The position numbers and the translations under genes were made by a program. Source: an uncultured bacterium (GTDB lineage Bacteria > Electryoneota > B3-LCP). Taken from it: 61,853 nt of DNA. Positions 59,006 to 61,853 of this stretch are shown one piece after another; within the stretch, counting starts at the first letter, position 1, and the number at the start of each line of letters is the position of its first letter. The stretch covers positions 1-61,853 of the forward strand of contig CAZUTK010000008.1 of NCBI GenBank assembly GCA_964623265.1. The letters are read 5' to 3'. Below the pieces are notes generated by a model that ran no database searches, was not told the DNA's origin, and saw nothing but the letters and a program-made list of their open reading frames with translations.

Positions 59006-59308
59006 TCAGCGGGAAGAAGGTGGTTCAGGCGGCTTTTGATTCTCGCCATCCTGCAGCCTTTTCACCTGGATGTAGAGACTGTAGAAGCTCCCCCCTACAC
59101 CCCAGAAGATCCCGATCAACAGGAAGAGCGGCGTCGTCCCCAGCTTTTGATCCAGCCAGCGCCCGATGAAAAAACCGATGAGAACGGCGACTGCCAGAGT
59201 CAACGCCCAACGCAGGGCGAGATCAAACGCCGGCGGCAACGAGAATTTCCCCGCTGCGCGCTCGTTTTTTTTCGGTTCCCCGCCGGACTCTTCCTCAGGG
59301 GACATCAT
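59006..59308 (-). CDS. atpZ: AtpZ/AtpI-family small membrane protein
   Basis: Two-TM core LTLAVAVLIGFFIGRWLDQKLGTTPLFLLIGIFWGVGGSFYSLY matches the AtpZ (putative F0F1 accessory) pattern. Confidence 0.65.
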   Translation of the reverse strand: MMSPEEESGGEPKKNERAAGKFSLPPAFDLALRWALTLAVAVLIGFFIGRWLDQKLGTTPLFLLIGIFWGVGGSFYSLYIQVKRLQDGENQKPPEPPSSR

Positions 59309-59314
59309 CCTGTT

Positions 59315-59755
59315 TCAGGATTCGTTCGTGACCCGGGTTTCAGCATTCTTCTCTGCGAACAGGTGCCGGGGTCCCAGACCTGCGCCCGCAGCGCTCTTGG
59401 GCGGCATGGTGGAATGCCCGTTGAAGGTGGCGCCTTCCGTGATGACCAACTTAGACGCTTCCAGATCTCCGGTGAAGCGGCTGCCGGCTTCGAGGGTGAT
59501 CCGCCCCTGAGTCTTGACGGTGCCATCCACCTGCCCCCCTATGACGACGCTTTCTGCGTTCAGGATGCCTTCGACTCGACCCGTTTCGCCGATTGTAATG
59601 GTGCCGGTGCTGTTCAATTCGCCTTTCACCTGGCCGTCAATCCTCATAGCATGCTTCACAGTCAACTTGCCGTCCAGGACTGCATCCTGACCGATGATGG
59701 TCGCGAGGTCTGAAGATCCGTCACGCATGCGTTCGCCCGCCGTTTTGATAAACAT
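59315..59755 (-). CDS. Bactofilin (polymer-forming cytoskeletal protein)
   Basis: Repetitive beta-helix pattern IIGQDAVLDGKLTVKHAMRIDGQVKGEL..TITIGETGRVEGIL.AESVVIGGQVDGTV....ITLEAGSRFTGDLEASKLVITEGATFNG. Confidence 0.88.
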   Translation of the reverse strand: MFIKTAGERMRDGSSDLATIIGQDAVLDGKLTVKHAMRIDGQVKGELNSTGTITIGETGRVEGILNAESVVIGGQVDGTVKTQGRITLEAGSRFTGDLEASKLVITEGATFNGHSTMPPKSAAGAGLGPRHLFAEKNAETRVTNES

Positions 59756-59773
59756 GGGAAATGCTCCAGACAG

Positions 59774-60631
59774 TTAAAATGGCATTAACAGCTCGGCTGG
59801 ATCCAACGGTTGTGATTCATGCCAGATTTCAAAATGGAGATGCGGCGCGCTGGACTTTCCCGTGTTGCCCAGCAGAGCGATCGGAGCACCGCGCTCCACC
59901 CGATCCCTCGGTTTCACCAAATTGATTTGGTTGTGGCCGTAAAAACTGAAATAACCGGATGCGTGTGCCAATAAGACTACATTTCCGTAGAGCGGCGACC
60001 AACCCGTCCAGACCACCACACCGCCTGCCGTCGCCTTGATCGCCGTGCCCATTCCGGCGGCGATATCCACGCCGGTATGAGAATGACTGGGAACCACCGG
60101 ATCCACTTCGAATCGGCGGGTGATGAATCCTTTCAAGGGCCAGATGGAAGGAATGTCGCCGGTATTCAAAATGCTGAGGTCGCTGAATTGATACGGCACT
60201 TCACGGGGTTGGAATTCACCCGGTTTCAGCGCCGCGAACTCGCCGGAAGATTCAGAACCTACAGTATCCCATCGAGCAGGCTGACCGCCGGTCGGCTGAT
60301 TCATACCATCCAGAGAAATATCGGCCCCCAACGCCTTGCGGATTTGCTCTTCCAGCTTCGCCAGCTTCTCCACGCGGCTTTGTAGCTGAGCAACCCGCTC
60401 CTGTTCCCGCGCGAATTCTTCGTTTTCCCGCGCGATTTCATCAGTGACTGCGGCCTTGCGCGCCAAGTTCGCCCAGGAAATGAACATAATGACAAAGAGA
60501 ATGACGCCGACAACGGCTGCGGCGATCGCCGCCCGCAATATCAGGAGCGAAATTTTGAAACTGAAGACAGCGCCTTCTTTTTCCGGCACTATTAGAATGG
60601 ATATCTTGCTTTTGCGCAGCCGAGACAGCAT
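59774..60631 (-). CDS. M23-family peptidase with N-terminal TM anchor and coiled coil
   Basis: HTGVDIAAG, GNVVLLAHASGYFSFYGH, GNTGKSSAPHLHFEIW. Confidence 0.88.
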   Translation of the reverse strand: MLSRLRKSKISILIVPEKEGAVFSFKISLLILRAAIAAAVVGVILFVIMFISWANLARKAAVTDEIARENEEFAREQERVAQLQSRVEKLAKLEEQIRKALGADISLDGMNQPTGGQPARWDTVGSESSGEFAALKPGEFQPREVPYQFSDLSILNTGDIPSIWPLKGFITRRFEVDPVVPSHSHTGVDIAAGMGTAIKATAGGVVVWTGWSPLYGNVVLLAHASGYFSFYGHNQINLVKPRDRVERGAPIALLGNTGKSSAPHLHFEIWHESQPLDPAELLMPF

Positions 60632-60648
60632 CGCCAGAAAATTTTTCT

Positions 60649-60677
60649 AATTTAATGAAAGTTACCTTCCGAGTCAA
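60649..60677 (-). promoter_or_regulatory. Candidate promoter for the M23-bactofilin-atp transcription unit
   Basis: Minus strand: TTGACT, 17 nt, TAAATT. The -10 element ends only 17 nt before the M23 ATG and no SD is visible. Confidence 0.35.
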
Positions 60678-60845
60678 CCGTTTTTTTCGTTTCCTCTTTT
60701 GAAGTTTCGTTTCAACTGTTTCAAGGATGTTGCCGGGTTGCAGGACCGCGGAAATTGCTCCAAAACAAAGCGATTCTCCGATGATTTCCCCGTTGCGAAG
60801 GCGATGAGAGTCTGCAACATTCCGCGATTCGATGTTGCATCCCTG

Positions 60846-61853
60846 CTATTCGTCCAGACTGCGGCGGCTGGCGAGCATTTTCTCCAGAGTCATTTCCATA
60901 TCCGCCTGTTTCTGACGCTCGCGCTCCACCACATCCTCCGGCGCGTGATGAATGAAGTCATCGTTGGCGAGCTTTTTACGAATGCCCGCAAGCAACCCTT
61001 CCAGACGGCGGATTTCTCTGTCCAGCCGCGCTTTTTCCACCTGGAAATCAATCAACCCTTCCAGCGGTATGTAAATTTCCAGGCCGTCCACGACGTCGCT
61101 GGCGCTGTGCGGAGGTTTTTCCGCGATAGATTGTATGTCTTGAACGCGCGCCAATACAGACAGCATGGGAAACTGCTCTTGAAGGATCCGGATCTTCCGC
61201 TGGGCGCCGTTGATCAGCAGCCGCGCTTCCATTTTCGGGGGAACGCGCATTTCCGCGCGGATGTTGCGCACCGCCTGAATGACGCTTTGGATCAGCGCCA
61301 TCCGTGCCTCGGCTTCTTCATCCACCCACTTCGGATCGGTCACGGGATATTTCTGAATCATCACGCTTACGGGTTTGACGATTTCCAGCGGCAACCCGGG
61401 AATCGCGGCGATTTGCTGCCAGAGCTCTTCCGTCACAAAAGGCATAAAGGGGTGCAGAGCCCGCAGAGCGGATTCGAAGACCCGCAGCGCTAAAGCCAGC
61501 GTGTCTTCGCGGATTTCGCTTTGAACGCGGTCGGTAAGACGGGGTTTGATCAACTCGAGATACCAATCGCAGTAGTCGTGCCAGACGAAATCGTAGATCG
61601 CCAAGAGCGCTTCGTTCAAACGATACCGTTCTACCCGGTCCGCAACCGTCGTCAGCATCTTTTGCAGACGCGACAGAATCCAACGATCTTCCAATTTCAA
61701 TTCGGGGGGCTGCGGGACCGCAAATGAATCCGGGCGTTCCTGCATCAGCAGAAAACGCGCGGCATTCCACAACTTATTGGCGAAGTTGCGCCCCATTTCG
61801 AAGCGGGAAGGCGCCAGTTTGATGTCCTGCCCCTCCGTCGTCAGGACAACCAG
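60846..61853 (-). CDS. valS: Valine--tRNA ligase, C-terminal part (5' end beyond window)
   Basis: The frame is open to the window edge (..TTEGQDIKLAPSRFEMGRNFANKLWNAARF..). It covers the anticodon-binding domain and a C-terminal coiled coil (..KARLDREIRRLEGLLAGIRKKLANDDF..). Confidence 0.88.
   Translation of the reverse strand: MVVLTTEGQDIKLAPSRFEMGRNFANKLWNAARFLLMQERPDSFAVPQPPELKLEDRWILSRLQKMLTTVADRVERYRLNEALLAIYDFVWHDYCDWYLELIKPRLTDRVQSEIREDTLALALRVFESALRALHPFMPFVTEELWQQIAAIPGLPLEIVKPVSVMIQKYPVTDPKWVDEEAEARMALIQSVIQAVRNIRAEMRVPPKMEARLLINGAQRKIRILQEQFPMLSVLARVQDIQSIAEKPPHSASDVVDGLEIYIPLEGLIDFQVEKARLDREIRRLEGLLAGIRKKLANDDFIHHAPEDVVERERQKQADMEMTLEKMLASRRSLDE

Overview
This 61.9-kb window is a gene-dense chromosomal segment, about 55% GC by eye, with no CRISPR array, integrase or transposase. 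It most likely comes from an uncultured member of the FCB superphylum. The basis is that three secreted proteins end in type-A T9SS sorting domains (..YPNPFNP..SGVYFYRLQAG..KLALLK). Promoters look sigma70-like (TTGACA/TTGCAT-17-TATATT) and most genes have GGAGG-type SDs.

Gene content from left to right:
- two tandem glutamate dehydrogenases (one runs off the window start)
- an arsR-acr3-arsC operon followed by a J-protein
- an NhaC antiporter
- a long minus-strand housekeeping array: trpS-scpA-scpB-[unknown 571 aa]-cmk-plsC-ispH-rpsA-mtaB-M20 peptidase-MFS
- rex
- a five-gene operon joining two DUF3857/transglutaminase-like exported proteins to a cluster-9 metal ABC importer
- a T9SS-cargo protease island: M1 aminopeptidase, a frameshifted 7-blade propeller protein and a C25 gingipain-like protease
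- a TPR protein, a CCA-adding enzyme and a Yip1 protein
- TolC plus a MacA/MacB-type efflux system
- a TorF-type porin paired with a stop-interrupted SSS transporter
- an M23 peptidase, thiC, hpt and tRNA-Arg(CCG)
- a PduS/RnfC-like flavo-FeS protein convergent with an isolated hypF
- an M23-bactofilin pair running into a complete F1Fo ATP synthase operon (atpZ-I-B-E-F-H-A-G-D-C)
- the 3' part of valS

Most worth a second look:
- the unassignable 571-aa Rossmann protein embedded in the scpB-cmk array
- the transglutaminase-like pair (one lacks the catalytic Cys) coupled to metal uptake
- the propeller gene, broken by three 1-nt deletions that together restore the original frame
- the Ig-like module it shares with the gingipain
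- the in-frame TAA in the SSS transporter
- the structured leader upstream of the porin gene
- thiC, which has no THI-box

All calls come from reading the sequence and the ORF track. No database search was run.
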